A DNA stretch of 64,000 nucleotides, taken from assembly GCF_022846255.1 (NCBI RefSeq), contig NZ_AP025682.1. One strand, written 5' to 3'. This DNA comes from Escherichia coli (GTDB lineage Bacteria > Pseudomonadota > Gammaproteobacteria > Enterobacterales > Enterobacteriaceae). Below are positions 1-12,641 of this stretch, one piece after another. The position numbers and the translations under genes were made by a program. The notes under the pieces are model-generated. The model had not been told where the DNA came from, searched no databases, and was given only the letters and a program-made list of their open reading frames with translations. Numbering within the stretch: position 1 is the first letter of the stretch; every line of letters begins with the position of its first letter.

Positions 1-11
1 TGCTGTTGCAT
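1..11 (-). CDS. emrB: Multidrug efflux MFS transporter EmrB, first 11 nt only (gene runs off the window start)
   Basis: Minus strand reads ATG CAA CAG CA (M Q Q), matching the EmrB N-terminus, 17 nt downstream of the emrA stop; operon order emrR-emrA-emrB. Confidence 0.6.
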
Positions 12-27
12 CACACGCACCTCTGGA

Positions 28-1200
28 TTAGCCAGCGTTAGCTTTTACGATATCGTCGATCAGTTTATTGACAGGTGCCAGGCTGATTTCACGCGCGGTA
101 CTTACCGCGACCGGTGTGGAACGTACTTTGTTTGCCAGTACCTGACCGTCACGGTTAGTGGTATTGACACTCACCAGCGTGGATAAACCGATACGCAGCG
201 GGTATTGCTCCAGCTGTTTCTGGTCCAGTTCAATACGCACAGGCAGACGCTGAACGACTTTGATCCAGTTACCGGTGGCGTTTTGCGCCGGAAGCAGTGA
301 GAACGCGCTACCTGTGCCCATATCCAGACCAACCACTTTACCGGTGTATTTCACATCATCGCCGTAAATATCGGTGGTGATGGTGACCGGTTGACCGATA
401 CGCATATTGGCAATCTGCGTCTCTTTAAAGTTGGCATCCACCCACATATTGGTGGCTGGAACGACCGCCATCAGCGGCGTCGTTGGGCTAATTTGCGCCC
501 CAGGCTGTACCGCGCGGCGGGAGACATAACCGGTCATCGGACTGACAATACGGGTACGCTCCAGCGCCAGCCAGGCGTTACGTACTTCGGTGGCAGCCTG
601 TTGTACGGCAGGCTGATCTTCCAGTTTCGTCCCCAGAATCATCGCCTGATTGGCATTGTATTGTTGAATAGCGACGTCCAGTTGCGCCTGGGCACTGGTG
701 ACGGCGTCGCGGGCGTGTTGCAGCTCTTCGCGACCAATCAGGTTGGCATTGCCCAGCGGCACACGGCGGTTGTAGTCGCTTTGTGCTTTCGCGAGGGCGA
801 TTTTTTGCACCTCAATATTCGCCTGCAACTGTTTGCTGTTAATCATCAGCTGGTGGGTTTGGCGAACGCTGGAAGCCAGTGCAGTTTTTGCTTTTTCAAA
901 CGCCTGGCGAGCATCTGTCGGGTCGAGAGTGACCAGCACGTCGCCTTCTTTTACAAAATCGGTGTTATCGGCCCAGACTTTCGTCACGCTGCCAGACACC
1001 TGAGACATAATTTGAATCTGATTCCCTGCCACGTATGCGTCATCGGTTTCTTCGAAATGACGCAGTACCAAAAACCAATAAATCCCTATCGCTACGGCAA
1101 TAATTATAAAGAGCAAGGTGAGAAGGAGGAGCAGACGCTTACGTTTGCCGCTCTTCTTTACCGGTTGCTGCGGGGTTTGAGTCTCCGCATTTGCGCTCAT
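28..1200 (-). CDS. emrA: Multidrug efflux membrane fusion protein EmrA (390 aa)
   Basis: ORF-track translation matches EmrA; start set at ATG 1198-1200 (MSANAE...) with GGAG 6 nt upstream rather than the GTG 12 nt further upstream. Confidence 0.95.
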   Translation of the reverse strand: MSANAETQTPQQPVKKSGKRKRLLLLLTLLFIIIAVAIGIYWFLVLRHFEETDDAYVAGNQIQIMSQVSGSVTKVWADNTDFVKEGDVLVTLDPTDARQAFEKAKTALASSVRQTHQLMINSKQLQANIEVQKIALAKAQSDYNRRVPLGNANLIGREELQHARDAVTSAQAQLDVAIQQYNANQAMILGTKLEDQPAVQQAATEVRNAWLALERTRIVSPMTGYVSRRAVQPGAQISPTTPLMAVVPATNMWVDANFKETQIANMRIGQPVTITTDIYGDDVKYTGKVVGLDMGTGSAFSLLPAQNATGNWIKVVQRLPVRIELDQKQLEQYPLRIGLSTLVSVNTTNRDGQVLANKVRSTPVAVSTAREISLAPVNKLIDDIVKANAG

Positions 1201-1326
1201 ATTGTTCTCCACGATCTTCTTAACTCATCGGCTGAGCCGACCTGCTTGCCAAAAAGGCCAGCATGTTACGATGCTGGCCGGTTATTTTTTCTTTTATAAA
1301 TCTGGATTTTTGAGCGAGATGACGCG

Positions 1327-1857
1327 TTAGCTCATCGCTTCGAGAACCACACCGTCCTGTTCCATCTGGTCGAGGCGGGAGAGCAATTTGCGGGTGATTT
1401 GCTCGAGCTGGTCTTTTTCTGTTGTGCTGAGCGCGGACCAGAGTTGATGCAGGCAGTTATGCTGCGGCGGTAAAACCTCGCGCAAAAACTCGTGACCTTT
1501 TTCCGTTAATTGCAGATGCAGGCAGCGGCGATCGTTATCGCTTTCACGACGTTCGATCCAACCGCGTTTTTCCAGTTCATCGGCAATACGCGTCGCGTTG
1601 GTACGGGATGATCCAAGTGCACAACTCAATTCAGAAGGCTGAATACTGTGGTTTTCCTGAGACTCCAGCGTAATCAACGCCATAAACAACGTCTCGTTAA
1701 TCCCCTGAGCCTTCAGCATTTTATTGCGGTTTTCCAGCAGCTTGCTTTGCATATGCATGCAAAGACGGGTCAGAAGGATCTCCTGATAAGGAAAATCTTC
1801 GTGGCGGCTGGCGCGAAATTTTAGCATTTGTTCAATGGGCGTAAACGAACTATCCAT
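1327..1857 (-). CDS. emrR: MarR-family repressor EmrR/MprA (176 aa)
   Basis: Full-length translation recognised as EmrR; lies immediately upstream of emrA on the same strand. Confidence 0.95.
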
Positions 1858-1947
1858 TTGGGTATGACCTCATTAATTTCAGCCGATATAGTAACGACAG
1901 TGACAAATAAAGTAAATGTATTGTTTTAGAAAAATGATTCTTGTGGG

Positions 1948-2283
1948 TTATATAATCGCCATCACTTTCCAGGCGAGCCCATAGGCCAGCGCACTAAGCA
2001 GTGTTGGGATGATAATGCTGCGTGTTTTATAGAAACTGGCACCCAGTACCGCGAAGCCGACCAGTGTGGGCACGAAACGGCGTGTATCGTGCATCACTTC
2101 TGGTGCGGTAGAGACAACCAGCAGAGCGCATATCGAGGCGATGCCAATGGTGTCGAGCAAAATACCTACCGCGCCACGTTTGGTTGGGCGGGCATTACCC
2201 ACACGCAGGCGCAGCGGCAGATAGCGGAAGCAATAATTCGCCGCGCCAACCAGTAACCCAAGCAGCAGAACCTCATAGCTCAT
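1948..2283 (-). CDS. ygaH: L-valine exporter small subunit YgaH (AzlD-like, 111 aa)
   Basis: Translation recognised; overlaps the ygaZ stop by 11 nt, as expected for the ygaZH pair. Confidence 0.9.
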   Translation of the reverse strand: MSYEVLLLGLLVGAANYCFRYLPLRLRVGNARPTKRGAVGILLDTIGIASICALLVVSTAPEVMHDTRRFVPTLVGFAVLGASFYKTRSIIIPTLLSALAYGLAWKVMAII

Positions 2284-3010
2284 CGGGCGCTCCTTGCCAG
2301 AATGCCTGGATTAACGCAGTGAGGCAGCCACAGACAATGCCTGCCAGAATGGCGACGGGAATAGAAAATAGCGTTACGCCTGCAAGGGCACCAACTAACG
2401 CTGCGGTAACGCAAAGAGATTGTTTGCGCTGGAAAGAGGCGAGCAGGAAACTCATAAAGAGTGCCGGAAGCATAAAACCTAATGCTGCTTCAACGGCGGG
2501 ATAACCTTGCAGCAAGCCGCTGCCGGAGAATGCCCCTATTACCGTACCAAATACCCACGATGACCATGAACTGAAGGCAATGCCGATCATCCAGTTTTCG
2601 CTCCAGCGGCGATTATTGCGTACCAGTTTTGCGGTTGCGGCGGCAAAAACCTCATCCGTCAGGCCAAACGCCCACAGGGCGGTTTTCGATTTTTGCAGAC
2701 GCTGAATAATACGGCTACGCAGTGACGGGCCATACAAAACATGGCGAACATCCATTGCCATGACGGTCAGTGCAGCAACCCACAAACTACTCCCGGCTGC
2801 CAGCATCGCGGTAATGACGAACTGGCTCGCGCCTGCATAAATGATGCAGGAGAAAAAAACGCTTTCGAGAGGAGAGAATCCCAGACGGGTCGCATTCAGA
2901 CCGAACGCAAAGGCCACCGGAATATAACTAATAACAATCGGTAAACTGTCTTTGCATCCTTCCATGAAGGTCGCCGAACCAGGAGCAGGCTGTGGAGTAG
3001 GGCTTTCCAT
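2273..3010 (-). CDS. ygaZ: L-valine exporter large subunit YgaZ (AzlC family, 245 aa)
   Basis: Translation recognised; polytopic membrane protein upstream of ygaH. Confidence 0.9.
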   Translation of the reverse strand: MESPTPQPAPGSATFMEGCKDSLPIVISYIPVAFAFGLNATRLGFSPLESVFFSCIIYAGASQFVITAMLAAGSSLWVAALTVMAMDVRHVLYGPSLRSRIIQRLQKSKTALWAFGLTDEVFAAATAKLVRNNRRWSENWMIGIAFSSWSSWVFGTVIGAFSGSGLLQGYPAVEAALGFMLPALFMSFLLASFQRKQSLCVTAALVGALAGVTLFSIPVAILAGIVCGCLTALIQAFWQGAPDEL

Positions 3011-3133
3011 AGAGTGTACGCTTAACGATTGTTAATATTATAAATAGACTGAATGAATATCTTAACCTTATCAGACTGATGGGCTTCTTAACACCCTTAT
3101 AAGTGTAAAGCCACGAAAACGGTTGCTGATTGC

Positions 3134-4318
3134 TTAATTTGCGGCTTCCTGACGATGAAAACCTCGCCACCAGACCAGTAAGTTAACCAGGGCAATCGTC
3201 GCGCCAGCCAGACACACGCCAGCCCAACCGCCATGTTGCCAGGCTGAGGCTGAAATTAGCGAACCAGCGGCACCGCCAATAAAGTAGCTGGTCATGTAAC
3301 CTGCGGTCAGGCGATTACGCGCATCAGGGTGTATTCGATAAATTACCGTCTGGTTAGTGATATGCACGCCCTGCACGGTGAGGTCCAGCACCAGGATGCC
3401 GATAATCAGCGCCAGTACGGAAGTGTGACCAAACCAGATTGCCAGCCATGAAAGTAACAGCAGCAGCAGACCGAAAGTTGTGGTGTGGTGCGATTTGCCC
3501 TTATCGGCAAAACCGCCCGCCGGACGAGCGCCCAACGCTCCGGCAGCTCCCGCAAGCCCAAACAGACCAATTACACCATCGCTGTAGTTAAAAGGTGGAG
3601 CGGCAAGCAAAAAGGCCATTGAGGTCCAGAGAATGCTGAAGTTGGCAAAGGTCAGGCAGCCCAGCAACGCGCGGGTGCGCAGGATTTTATCGCTGATAAA
3701 CATGCTGAAAACAGAACCTAGCAACTGTGGGTAGTTGAGGTGGGTTTCTGATTTCATTTGTGGCAGACCACGCCATAACGCCAGCGCCATCAGTGCCATT
3801 AATACCGAAGCGACCCAAAAGACAGTTCGCCAGCCACCGAGACTCGCCAGCAATCCGGCAACGGTCCGTGCCAGCAAGATCCCCAACAGCAGCCCGCTCA
3901 TAATGGTGCCGACCACTTTGCCGCGTTTGTCCGGTGAAGCCAGCGTCGCTGCCAGCGGAACCAGAATTTGTGCCACGACTGAGAATAAACCGGTTAATGC
4001 CGTACCGAGGAGCATCATCGCCAGCGACTGACTGCTGGCAGTGATTAACATGCCGCCTGCTGCCAGTAAGGTCATCGAGACAATCAGGCGGCGGCGTTCA
4101 AACATATCACCGAGGGGAACAAGAAACAGCAGACCTGCGGCATAGCCCAACTGCGCGGCGGTAACAATAAAGCCTGCCGAACTGGCGGAAAGGGAAAAGT
4201 TACGCGCGATGGTGTCGAGCAATGGCTGGGCGTAATAGTTACTGGCTACCGCCAGACCGGTGGCGATAGACATCAGCACGATCAGCGCCGGGCTAATCTC
4301 ATGATTAGGTTTAGTCAT
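3134..4318 (-). CDS. ygaY: MFS transporter YgaY, intact 394-aa reading frame
   Basis: Uninterrupted ORF of 394 aa with multiple hydrophobic segments; position between ygaZ and proX matches ygaY. Confidence 0.8.
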   Translation of the reverse strand: MTKPNHEISPALIVLMSIATGLAVASNYYAQPLLDTIARNFSLSASSAGFIVTAAQLGYAAGLLFLVPLGDMFERRRLIVSMTLLAAGGMLITASSQSLAMMLLGTALTGLFSVVAQILVPLAATLASPDKRGKVVGTIMSGLLLGILLARTVAGLLASLGGWRTVFWVASVLMALMALALWRGLPQMKSETHLNYPQLLGSVFSMFISDKILRTRALLGCLTFANFSILWTSMAFLLAAPPFNYSDGVIGLFGLAGAAGALGARPAGGFADKGKSHHTTTFGLLLLLLSWLAIWFGHTSVLALIIGILVLDLTVQGVHITNQTVIYRIHPDARNRLTAGYMTSYFIGGAAGSLISASAWQHGGWAGVCLAGATIALVNLLVWWRGFHRQEAAN

Positions 4319-4419
4319 TATTTTTGTTCATCAGGTGATGATTAAGCTGGAAATCAATAATAGCGGATGTTGATGAATATGGGATGAAAGATAGATTGTT
4401 GAAATGTGCGGTGTGGTTT

Positions 4420-4500
4420 GTAGGTATGATAAGACGCGCCAGCGTCGCATCAGGCATTGTGTACAGAGCGGCGGATGAGGCAAAAACGCCTTATCCGCCC
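4420..4500. repeat. REP/BIME palindromic elements in the ygaY-proX intergenic region
   Basis: GATAAGACGCGCCAGCGTCGCATCAGGC and GCGGATGAGGCAAAAACGCCTTATCCGCC resemble E. coli REP consensus units. Confidence 0.5.
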
Positions 4501-4509
4501 GAATAAAAA

Positions 4510-5502
4510 TTACTTCTGCGCTGCCAGCGCCTCATTCACCCAGCCATCGAACTGCTGCTGGTGGGCTTTGATCCAGCCATCAACGTGGCCCTGAATATCG
4601 CCTTCTGAGGCTTTGCCGTCATGCATAATGGCGTTCTGGGCGTTAATATCTGCCACTGGTAACTGCATAATGGCAAACAGTTTCGCTGCTGCCGGGTTTT
4701 TCTCGGCCCAGGCTTTGTTGGCAACGATATGCATGGTACTGACCGGGAAGCCGTAATTCGCGCCATTCGGCAGTTTGGTATCGGCATTTTTATCGCCCGG
4801 CAGTGCGGAGAACGGCACCTGCAACCAGACCACATCTTTCCCCGGTTTCAGTTCGTTACTCACCCAGTACGGCGTCCAGGTGTAGTAAAACACCGGCTTA
4901 CCCTCTTTGTAACGACTGATGGTGTCAGCCATCATCGCTGCGTAGTTCCCCTGATTATGCGTCACGGTATTGGTCAGTCCATACGCGGCAAGCTGGTGGT
5001 TGATCGCACCTTCGCAGCCCCAGCCTGGGTTACAGCCGGTTAAATCCGCTTTACCGTCGCCGTTGGTATCGAACAGTTTGGCGATCTTCGGATCTTTAAG
5101 TTGCGCGATGTTGGTAATTTTATACTGGTCGGCGGTTTTCTTATCGATCAGGTAACCCTGTGCCGCGCCGTTAACAAATACTCCTTCACGATAAAATTTC
5201 TTATCGCCACCGGCAGCTTCGTACATGTTGTCATGCAGTGGCGTCCAGTTCACTGCGGTGAAGGTTGCATCGCCGGAAGCAAGTGAGGTGTAGCCAACGT
5301 TGTAATCCACTTCGCTGGGTTTATTGACGGTATAACCTAATTTCTCCAGCGCACGACTGACCAGCAGTGTCTGGAAGGTTTCTTCGGTGATGGTGCTTTG
5401 AACTGGATTAACAGTAATGCCTTTGCCCGGCAGGTCGGCAGCAAAAGTTTGTGTAGAGATAAGCGTGGCAAACGCTGTCGCAAAAAGTACGCTATGTCGC
5501 AT
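4510..5502 (-). CDS. proX: Glycine betaine/proline ABC transporter periplasmic binding protein ProX (330 aa precursor)
   Basis: Translation recognised; start set at [10 protein letters not shown]... (signal peptide) rather than the longer ORF-track start. Confidence 0.95.
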   Translation of the reverse strand: MRHSVLFATAFATLISTQTFAADLPGKGITVNPVQSTITEETFQTLLVSRALEKLGYTVNKPSEVDYNVGYTSLASGDATFTAVNWTPLHDNMYEAAGGDKKFYREGVFVNGAAQGYLIDKKTADQYKITNIAQLKDPKIAKLFDTNGDGKADLTGCNPGWGCEGAINHQLAAYGLTNTVTHNQGNYAAMMADTISRYKEGKPVFYYTWTPYWVSNELKPGKDVVWLQVPFSALPGDKNADTKLPNGANYGFPVSTMHIVANKAWAEKNPAAAKLFAIMQLPVADINAQNAIMHDGKASEGDIQGHVDGWIKAHQQQFDGWVNEALAAQK

Positions 5503-5558
5503 TGTTATTCCTTTTTTTGGCAGGGTGATATGCCCGGCGTCACCGGGCAAGTGCAGAG

Positions 5559-6623
5559 TTACTTAATGAATGGGCGGGTCAGCAGACCGACAGGGCCAGT
5601 GGTGTACCAGCGACGATTGCCGCGACTGCGTGAGTCGCGCCCAACGGCCTGCGTCAGGCGGTCGAGGATAATGGCGAGGATCACAATCCCGACGCCGCCA
5701 ACGGTGGCAAGCCCCATATCCAGACGACCGATACCGCGAAGTACCATCTGACCCAGCCCGCCGACGGCAATCATCGAGGCGATGACCACCATAGAAAGGG
5801 CCAGCATCAGCGTCTGGTTAACGCCCGCCATAATGGTTGGCATCGCCAGCGGTAACTGAACTTTGAACAGCATCTGGCGCGGGCTGGCACCGAATGAGCG
5901 CGAGGCTTCAATCAGATCCGCCGGAACCTGGTTAATTCCCAGAATCGTCAGACGGATAATCGGCGGCAGCGCAAAGATGATCGTCACCACCACGCCCGGC
6001 ACGTTGCCGATACCAAACAGCATGACGATTGGCACCAGATAAACAAACGCGGGCGTGGTCTGCATGGCATCAAGCAGTGGACGAATAATTTTCGCCGCTC
6101 GCGGACTTCTCGCCAGCCAGATCCCCAACGGCAAACCTATGACGATACAGAACAGCAGGGCTGTTAACACCAGCGCCAGGGTAACCATTGCCTGTGACCA
6201 GGCACCGATTGCGCCGATGGCAATCAGCGAAACCAGCGTCGCCACGCCCATTCCGACCCCGGAAATCTGCCAGGCGATGAGAGCGAAAACGATAATCGCC
6301 ACCGGCGCGGGCATACCCAGCAGCAATTGCTGGAAACCGTTGAGGATGTAATCAACCGGAACGCGCACGCCCTGAAAGACGGGACGAAAATGGGTAACGA
6401 CCCAGTCGATCCCTTCTGTGACCCAACTGTCGAGCGGGATCAGCGTTTTATGGAACGGATCGAGAATATTAAAATGCTCGACGTTTGGCGCAGGCGTACT
6501 GGTCAGCCAGTCAGCACCACCGCCGTCAGTCGGTGCAGCAGCCGGTGTACCCCAGGCGTCTGCGGACTGTGCGGCACTGTCCGCCGCTGGCGTGGTATCC
6601 CACGGATTATTTTGATCAGCCAT
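5559..6623 (-). CDS. proW: Glycine betaine/proline ABC transporter permease ProW (354 aa)
   Basis: Translation recognised; overlaps the proV stop by 8 nt. Confidence 0.95.
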   Translation of the reverse strand: MADQNNPWDTTPAADSAAQSADAWGTPAAAPTDGGGADWLTSTPAPNVEHFNILDPFHKTLIPLDSWVTEGIDWVVTHFRPVFQGVRVPVDYILNGFQQLLLGMPAPVAIIVFALIAWQISGVGMGVATLVSLIAIGAIGAWSQAMVTLALVLTALLFCIVIGLPLGIWLARSPRAAKIIRPLLDAMQTTPAFVYLVPIVMLFGIGNVPGVVVTIIFALPPIIRLTILGINQVPADLIEASRSFGASPRQMLFKVQLPLAMPTIMAGVNQTLMLALSMVVIASMIAVGGLGQMVLRGIGRLDMGLATVGGVGIVILAIILDRLTQAVGRDSRSRGNRRWYTTGPVGLLTRPFIK

Positions 6624-7818
6624 TATTTACCCCCTCACGATCTAAAGCGCGCAGCAGCATTCCTTTCGAAATGATGCCGACATACTGTTGGTCCTCGTCG
6701 ACCACGGGCACCGCACAGGGGGCCTGTCCGACATGAGAGAGCAACTCGCTAAGAGGCGTTTGTGCATCGACCGCTAACGGCGCATCAATCAGCGCCGCAT
6801 CAAGACCTTGCTGCTGCGTTAACGCGGTTTTAAGCGAATCGATAGACACTGCGCCGACAAACTTATTACCGCGTTCGATGACGTAGCCATATTCGCGATC
6901 TTCATCCTGCAATAATTTCAATGCCGAACGCGGGCCGAAGCCGGGGGTTTTACGGATTAAGCCGTTCGGTGTCCGGCGAGCAATATCTTTCGCACTGAAT
7001 ACCTGACTAATATCGACGCCACGGAAGAAGGTACGGACATAATCATTCGCCGGATTATTGAGAATTTCATCCGGTGTGCCGACCTGTACCACTTCACCAT
7101 TTTGCATAATGGCAATTCGGTCGCCAATACGCATAGCTTCATCGAGATCGTGGGAAATAAAGACAATTGTGCGCTGATGTTTCGCCTGTAATTTTACCAG
7201 CTCATCCTGCATCTCGGTGCGAATTAATGGATCGAGTGCTGAGAAGGCTTCGTCCATTAATAATATATCCGGATTAATCGCTAACGCGCGGGCTAATCCC
7301 ACACGTTGACGCATCCCGCCAGAGAGTTCATCCGGGTAGCTGTGGGCATAATTTTCCAGCCCGACCTGACGCAGTGCATCAAGGGCTTTTTCCCGGCGTT
7401 CTTCGGCATTAATTCCGGCCAATTCCATACCGAATGCAGTATTGTCCAGCACGGTCATATGCGGCATTAAGGCAAAGGACTGGAAGACCATCGCAATCTT
7501 TTTTCTGCGCACCTCACGGAGTTCGGCGTCGGATATTTTGGCAATATCCACACCATCAATCAGCACTTGCCCGCGGGTGGGTTCAATCAGGCGATTGAGA
7601 AGGCGTACCATTGTGGATTTACCCGAACCGGATAATCCCATGATGACAAATATCTCGCCTTCTTCAATGGCCAGACTGGCGTCTTTTACGCCAAGCGATA
7701 GCCCAGTTTTTTCCAGAATTTGTTCTTTTGAAAGTCCTTGTTCGATATATTTGAAAGCTCGCTGTGGATGCTCACCAAATATTTTATAAAGATTTTTAAT
7801 TTCTAATTTAATTGCCAT
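6616..7818 (-). CDS. proV: Glycine betaine/proline ABC transporter ATPase ProV (400 aa)
   Basis: Walker A motif [12 protein letters not shown] signature LSGGMRQR and C-terminal CBS domains; translation recognised. Confidence 0.95.
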   Translation of the reverse strand: MAIKLEIKNLYKIFGEHPQRAFKYIEQGLSKEQILEKTGLSLGVKDASLAIEEGEIFVIMGLSGSGKSTMVRLLNRLIEPTRGQVLIDGVDIAKISDAELREVRRKKIAMVFQSFALMPHMTVLDNTAFGMELAGINAEERREKALDALRQVGLENYAHSYPDELSGGMRQRVGLARALAINPDILLMDEAFSALDPLIRTEMQDELVKLQAKHQRTIVFISHDLDEAMRIGDRIAIMQNGEVVQVGTPDEILNNPANDYVRTFFRGVDISQVFSAKDIARRTPNGLIRKTPGFGPRSALKLLQDEDREYGYVIERGNKFVGAVSIDSLKTALTQQQGLDAALIDAPLAVDAQTPLSELLSHVGQAPCAVPVVDEDQQYVGIISKGMLLRALDREGVNNG

Positions 7819-7886
7819 GCAATAGAAAGATTCCTGTTATTTGTTTATGTCGATACATTACCCAATGGAAATAGTCACTTTTTTCT

Positions 7887-7914
7887 ACCCTAACATACTG
7901 AGAATCTGAGGCAA
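7887..7914 (-). promoter_or_regulatory. proU (proVWX) sigma70 promoter: -35 TTGCCT, 16-bp spacer, -10 TAGGGT
   Basis: Minus strand reads TTGCCTCAGATTCTCAGTATGTTAGGGT about 70 bp upstream of the proV ATG; matches my recollection of the osmoregulated proU promoter. Confidence 0.6.
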
Positions 7915-8174
7915 CCCCTGATGGCAAATGTGGCATGAATATTGATGTGAGCAAATCGCCGGAATTTCCCATGATATAAGGGCTGAGAGCAAATCGAGAA
8001 AAGTTGATATTTTTTGTCAAAGATAGCGAAAAAACGCCTGAATATTGTGGTTTCAGGCGAATAATGCAACAGAGTGTCAGTGTAGATCACCACAAAATAT
8101 TTGCGTGATAAAAAGCTATTTGGTGGGAATTATTTCCCTGCTGCGGGTAGTGATATTTTTGAAAAATAACACCC

Positions 8175-9143
<969 letters not shown>

Positions 9144-11288
9144 TTAAAGTGCACAGGAGACGCAGCCTTCAATTTCAGTGCCTTCCAGCGCCATCTGACG
9201 CAGGCGAATGTAATAGAGCGTTTTGATACCCTTGCGCCAGGCGTAAATCTGCGCTTTGTTGATATCGCGAGTGGTGGCGGTATCGGGGAAAAACAGCGTC
9301 AGCGACAGCCCCTGATCGACATGGCGAGTCGCTTCCGCGTAGGTGTCGATGATCTTTTCTGCGCCGATTTCGTAAGCGTCCTGATACAGCGCCAGATTTT
9401 CGTTAGTCATAAACGGGGCAGGGTAGTAAACGCGTCCTGTTTTGCCCTCTTTGCGTATCTCTACTTTCGCCACAATCGGATGAATACTCGACGTGGCATG
9501 GTTGATATAAGAGATAGAACCGGTTGGCGGCACCGCCTGGAGATTCTGGTTGTATATGCCATAGCGCATCACGTCGTCGCGCAGCTGCGCCCACATCTCA
9601 TGGGTAGGTAACGTAATACCACTACGGGCAAACAGTTCGCCAACTTTCGCCGTTTTCGGCTGCCAGTTCCCTTGCAGATATTGGCTAAAATATTCACCAC
9701 TGGCATAGCGTGACTGTTTGAACCCGGCGAAGGTTTCACCGCGTTCGCGCGCCAGCAACATCGAGGTACGCAGTGCGTGCCAGGTGATGGTATAGAAATA
9801 GAGATTGGTGAAATCGAGTGCTTCCGGCGATCCATAAGCGATGCCTTCTCGCGCCAGATAACCGTGTAAATTCATCTGCCCCAGTCCGATGGCGTGCGAG
9901 GCGGCATTTCCGGCTTCGATGGACGGCACGCTGCGGATATGACTCATATCTGATACTGCCGTTAAACCGCGCACGGCAGTCTCTACCGTGCGGGCAAAGT
10001 CGGGGGAATCCATGGTGTGGGCAATATTCAACGAACCTAAATTGCAGGAAATATCATGGCCTGTACGGGCATAGTCGAGATTCTCGTCATACTCTGAGGC
10101 GCTGTTAACCTGCAAAATTTCTGAGCAGAGATTGCTCATATTTATGCGCCCGGCGATAGGGTTAGCACGGTTAACCGTGTCTTCATACATGATGTACGGA
10201 TAGCCAGACTCAAACTGGATTTCTGCCAGTCGCTGGAAGAAATCACGGGCGTTGAGGTATTTTTTGCGGATGCGTTCATCGGCAACCAGTTCGTCATAGT
10301 GTTCACTGATGGCGACATCGGCAAACGGCTTGCCATAAACTCGCTCTACGTCATAGGGCGAAAACAGCGCCATCTGCGCATTCTCTTTTGCCAGATGGAA
10401 AGTGATATCCGGGATCACCACGCCCAGCGACAGTGTTTTAATGCGGATTTTTTCGTCGGCATTTTCCCGTTTTGTATCGAGAAAACGCAGAATATCGGGA
10501 TGATGAGCATGTAAATAGACTGCCCCAGCCCCCTGACGCGCGCCGAGTTGGTTGGCATAGGAAAATGCGTCTTCCAGCATTTTCATCACCGGAATCACGC
10601 CAGAAGATTGATTTTCAATACGTTTAATTGGCGCGCCCGCTTCCCGCAGATTCGACAGCAAAAATGCTACGCCGCCGCCGCGTTTCGACAGTTGTAGTGC
10701 GGAATTCACTGCCCGGCCAATCGACTCCATATTGTCTTCAATACGCAGCAGAAAACAGGAAACCAGTTCGCCGCGCTGCTGCTTACCGCAGTTGAGGAAT
10801 GTTGGCGTGGCTGGCTGAAAGCGTCCTGACAGCATCTCATCAGTGAGCTGCGTCGCCAGTGTTTCATCGCCTTGTGCCAGCGTCAGCGCCACCATCGTGA
10901 CGCGATCGGCAAAATCTTCCAGATAACGCTTACCGTCGAATGTCTTCAACGTATAGCTGGTGTAAAACTTCCATGCTCCGAGGAATGTCTGGAAACGAAA
11001 ACCGCTGGCGTGCGCGTGGGCAAACAGCGTAATGACAAAATCGCGAGAGTAGCGATTAAGGACGCTTTCATCATAGTAACCTTCGTTAACCAGCCAGTTC
11101 AGGCGCTGCTGCTGGCTACTGAAGGCCACACTGTTCGGACGCACATGCGTCGTCATAAAGGCGTCTACTGCCTGGCGATCTTTATCGAACTGAATGCGAC
11201 CTGCGCTATCGTAAAGGTTAAGCATCGCATTCAGAGCGTGATAATCCATCGTTTCCTGCGTCAGGCGTTCTGCGGTTGTCGTTGCCAA
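9144..11288 (-). CDS. nrdE: Class Ib ribonucleotide reductase alpha subunit NrdE (714 aa)
   Basis: Translation recognised; C-terminal CxxC redox pair (..CVSCAL). Confidence 0.95.
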
Positions 11289-11671
11289 AATTCGGTTACT
11301 CCTTTACGAACGTTTTCGATATCGCTTTGCGTACCCATGAGTTCAAAGCGGTACAGCCACGGCACGCCGCATTTCCGGGCAATCACATCTCCGGCGCGGC
11401 CATATGCCTCACCAAAGTTGCGATTACCCGAAGCAATAACGCCGCGCAGCAACGCCCGGTTATGCTCGTCGTTTAAAAAGCGAATGACCTGTCGTGGCAC
11501 CGCGCCAGCCGTACCGCCGCCGCCGTAAGAGGGCACGATCAGGATGTAAGGCTCGTCTACCTGAATCCGTTCCCGCTCATTGAGCGGGATGCGCACCGCG
11601 GGCAGCCCTAAACGTTCGATAAAACGCTGCGTATTTTCGGAGCTGCTGGAAAAGTAGACGAGCTGGCTCAT
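11261..11671 (-). CDS. nrdI: Flavodoxin-like NrdI (136 aa)
   Basis: Translation recognised; overlaps the nrdE start by 28 nt and nrdH by 4 nt. Confidence 0.95.
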
Positions 11672-11913
11672 GCACTGGCCGCGTGTGGCGCTGGATGCAG
11701 ACGATTGATCATGTCCGGGCGGAAACCAGACCAGCTAAGATCGCCTGCAATCACAACCGGCAACTGACGAAAGCCCTGAGCACGCAGCGCTTCTGCCGCT
11801 TCAGGAACGCGATCGACATTAATCATTTCAAAATCAAAGCCCCGGTTTTCCATCGCCCGTTTAGTGGCGTGGCACTGAACGCAATCGTTACGAGTGTAAA
11901 TAGTAATGCGCAT
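11668..11913 (-). CDS. nrdH: Glutaredoxin-like NrdH (81 aa)
   Basis: CVQC redox motif in a thioredoxin-sized protein; first gene of nrdHIEF. Confidence 0.95.
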
Positions 11914-12017
11914 GATTCGTATTTCCGTTTAAAATGAAGATACGGCGCGATGATACGCGTCGGGTTGTCTCTCTGTTGATACAGAGATACTAGATGTAGT
12001 TGAAAAAAGATTCAACC

Positions 12018-12033
12018 ACACAATATATAGCAA
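12018..12033. promoter_or_regulatory. Putative NrdR box in the nrdHIEF promoter
   Basis: ACACAATATATAGCAA, about 105 bp upstream of the nrdH start, matches the 5' 13 positions of the NrdR-box consensus as I recall it (acaCwAtATaTwGtgt). Confidence 0.35.
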
Positions 12034-12103
12034 ATAGTGGTCGAAATTACCCTGGGTATGAGCGTGACGGGGTAGGGGGATTTTTGTGATTCACCAGGCA
12101 AAA

Positions 12104-12132
12104 AGAAACCCCGAAGCCAGGCTTCGGGGTCA
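12104..12132 (-). terminator. Intrinsic terminator downstream of ygaM
   Basis: Hairpin AACCCCGAAGC-CAG-GCTTCGGGGT followed by a U-run on the minus strand, 30 bp after the ygaM stop. Confidence 0.6.
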
Positions 12133-12160
12133 AAGACGCGTATTTATTATCATTATTGCA

Positions 12161-12490
12161 CTACGATTTGCGCATGCTTAACAGTGCGCCGATAAAAATA
12201 CCAACCGCAGCTGCTGTACCCACGCTACACCAGGGTCTTTCACGAACAAAAGAATCCGCGCAGCCAACGGCATCACGCGCGGCTTGCTGGACGCGAGTAC
12301 GACCATGCATTCGCGCCCTGGTTTCTTTCAGTAGAGCCTGCGCTTTACTACGAGCGGCTTCGGCTTCCCCTTTGGCGTCGCTGCCCCAGGACTTCAATAC
12401 AGATTCGAGACTGTCAGCTAATTGATTGACATCATTCTGGATATCCTGCACGCCATCATCAACGTCGTTGCGGTTCGGTCGGTTAAACAT
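12161..12490 (-). CDS. ygaM: ElaB-family ribosome-associated membrane protein YgaM (109 aa)
   Basis: Translation recognised; start set at MFNRPNRNDV..., 4 codons inside the ORF-track start. Confidence 0.85.
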   Translation of the reverse strand: MFNRPNRNDVDDGVQDIQNDVNQLADSLESVLKSWGSDAKGEAEAARSKAQALLKETRARMHGRTRVQQAARDAVGCADSFVRERPWCSVGTAAAVGIFIGALLSMRKS

Positions 12491-12641
12491 ATGATCCCCC
12501 ATTAGAATTCGATGTAATTTTCAGTGTAGACCATAATTTTCTTAACTGAGGTTCATCGCGGCTTTATGGACTTTTCTGAAAGCGTTGTGAATGCGCAATC
12601 AGGTAAGGTAGGCCCGCGGTTGATAATAACGAGGATCAAAT

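Noticed and set aside
391-1299. 302-aa ORF on the plus strand overlapping emrA
   Set aside because: Lies antisense to the well-supported emrA reading frame, with an Arg/Gly-rich low-complexity translation typical of a GC-rich antisense frame. Other long antisense ORFs (10872-11528, 20134-20646, 22601-23215, 32504-33118, 48012-48479, 49237-49935, 62912-63514) were rejected for the same reason.
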